The notes under the pieces are model-generated. The model was not told the DNA's origin. It was given only the letters and a program-made list of their open reading frames with translations, and searched no databases. Positions 23,140 to 24,000 of a stretch of DNA of 24,000 nucleotides are shown piece by piece; the stretch's first letter is position 1, and each line of letters opens with the position of its first letter. The stretch is from Salarchaeum japonicum (GTDB taxonomy: Archaea; Halobacteriota; Halobacteria; Halobacteriales; Halobacteriaceae), in NCBI RefSeq assembly GCF_020614395.1, contig NZ_CP085324.1, forward strand, positions 415,564 through 439,563, in the 5' to 3' direction. Both the position numbers and the translations under genes were made by a program.

Positions 23140-24000
23140 CTAGAGGAGCGGCGTGCCGTCCGCCTCCGGCCCCAGTGTCGGGCCGTGCGGGCCGTCGCCC
23201 GTGACGCGGCGGCGTTCGGTGTAGTCGGTTGAGCGCTCGACGGGCACGCGGCCGATGGCCTCTATCATCTCGACGTAGTCGTCGAAACTCCGGAACTCGC
23301 CGTACTCGCCGCCCGCGCGCTTCGTGATCTCCTCGGAGAGGATGGTGCCCATGAAGTCGTCCGCGCCGCAGTTCAGGAGCTTCATCCCGTGCTCGTCGCC
23401 GTACTTCACCCACGACGACTGCACGTGCTCGACGTTGTCGAGGAAGAGCCGCGAAACCGCTATCATCAGTTCGTCTTCCTCCCTGCTCGCGCCGGTCTCG
23501 ACGACGCCGTGCTCGTGCAGGGGCGTGTTCTGATGGACGAACGACAGGGGGACGAACTCCGTGATGTTCCCCGTCCGGTCCTGGAGGTCGCGCACGACCT
23601 GGAGGTGTTTCACGCGGTGCATCGCGTTCTCGACGTGGCCGTACATGATGGTCGCGGTCATCGGCAACCCAACGCTGGCGGCGGCCTCCATCGACTCGAC
23701 CCACTCGCCCGTGTCGATTTTCCCGGGACAGATGACGTCTCGCACTTCGTCCACGAGTATTTCGGCGGCGGTTCCGGGGACGGTGTCCAGTCCGGCGTCG
23801 TGGAGTTCGCGATAGACGTGTTCGTAGTCCCAGTCCGCGCCGCGCTGGGCGTGCTCGACCTCCTCGGGCGTCATCGAGTGGACGTGCGCGCCCGTCTCCG
23901 CCATCCCCCGGATGTACTCCTCGTAGGTCGCGGGCGGCGTGTCGTACACTCCGGGCGGCTTGTAGTTGAGTTCGGGATTCTCCGGGTCGAGGAGTTCGTG
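23140..24000 (-). CDS. cofH: FO synthase subunit 2, CofH (radical SAM). C-terminal part only; the gene continues beyond the right edge.
   Basis: 'LDTVPGTAAEILVDEVRDVICPGKI', 'MTATIMYGHVE' and 'ITEFVPLSFVH' are CofH-type blocks. The frame stays open from 23949 to 24000 (…HELLDPENPELNYKPPG-VYDTPP), so the GTG in the ORF track is not the true start. Confidence 0.9.
   Translation of the reverse strand, partial: HELLDPENPELNYKPPGVYDTPPATYEEYIRGMAETGAHVHSMTPEEVEHAQRGADWDYEHVYRELHDAGLDTVPGTAAEILVDEVRDVICPGKIDTGEWVESMEAAASVGLPMTATIMYGHVENAMHRVKHLQVVRDLQDRTGNITEFVPLSFVHQNTPLHEHGVVETGASREEDELMIAVSRLFLDNVEHVQSSWVKYGDEHGMKLLNCGADDFMGTILSEEITKRAGGEYGEFRSFDDYVEMIEAIGRVPVERSTDYTERRRVTGDGPHGPTLGPEADGTPLL

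Noticed and set aside
1-24000. CRISPR arrays, IS elements, integrases, toxin-antitoxin pairs or known defence-system genes
   Set aside because: I saw no regularly spaced repeats. No transposase or integrase-like sequence (DDE or R..H..R..Y patterns) appears in any plausible frame. There are no small overlapping gene pairs of the TA type. The region reads as conserved chromosomal core.

Overview
This window is a gene-dense, very GC-rich stretch of archaeal chromosome. Acidic proteins, GC-saturated third codon positions, a CetZ tubulin homologue and archaeosine and Pus10/TrmY genes point to class Halobacteria, possibly Halobacterium-like; the taxon is my inference. I support 28 protein genes and one tRNA-Pro(CGG). 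I see no rRNA, CRISPR array, transposase, integrase or obvious prophage.

Gene content, left to right:
- An orphan sensor histidine kinase.
- pus10-rnhB-nucS on the minus strand, divergent from trmY.
- tRNA-Pro followed by scar-like partial copies of its own T-arm and 3' end.
- A hypothetical protein with an internal tandem duplication.
- A Nudix hydrolase.
- A Tat-exported PQQ-like beta-propeller, one TM helix and a degenerate cytoplasmic kinase-like domain.
- tgtA-arcS (archaeosine).
- An HpcH-type aldolase, an S9 peptidase, azlCD and a DoxX protein.
- trkA bracketed by two stand-alone RAM-domain (Lrp/AsnC ligand-domain) genes.
- tmk, an NDUFA9-like SDR and a small membrane ORF.
- A cetZ tubulin-like gene translationally coupled to a secreted, C-terminally anchored protein and then to cofC.
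- A small membrane protein, cofG, a DUF457-like membrane hydrolase, and cofH (partial at the right edge).

Most long ORFs in the six-frame track are Arg/Pro/Gly-rich antisense shadow ORFs typical of high-GC DNA.

Nothing here is clearly a new system. The most interesting candidates are:
- the propeller-TM-pseudokinase receptor;
- the RAM-trkA-RAM module;
- the cetZ / secreted-anchor / cofC coupled unit;
- the tRNA-Pro recombination scar.

All function calls come from motif recognition by eye; no searches were run.
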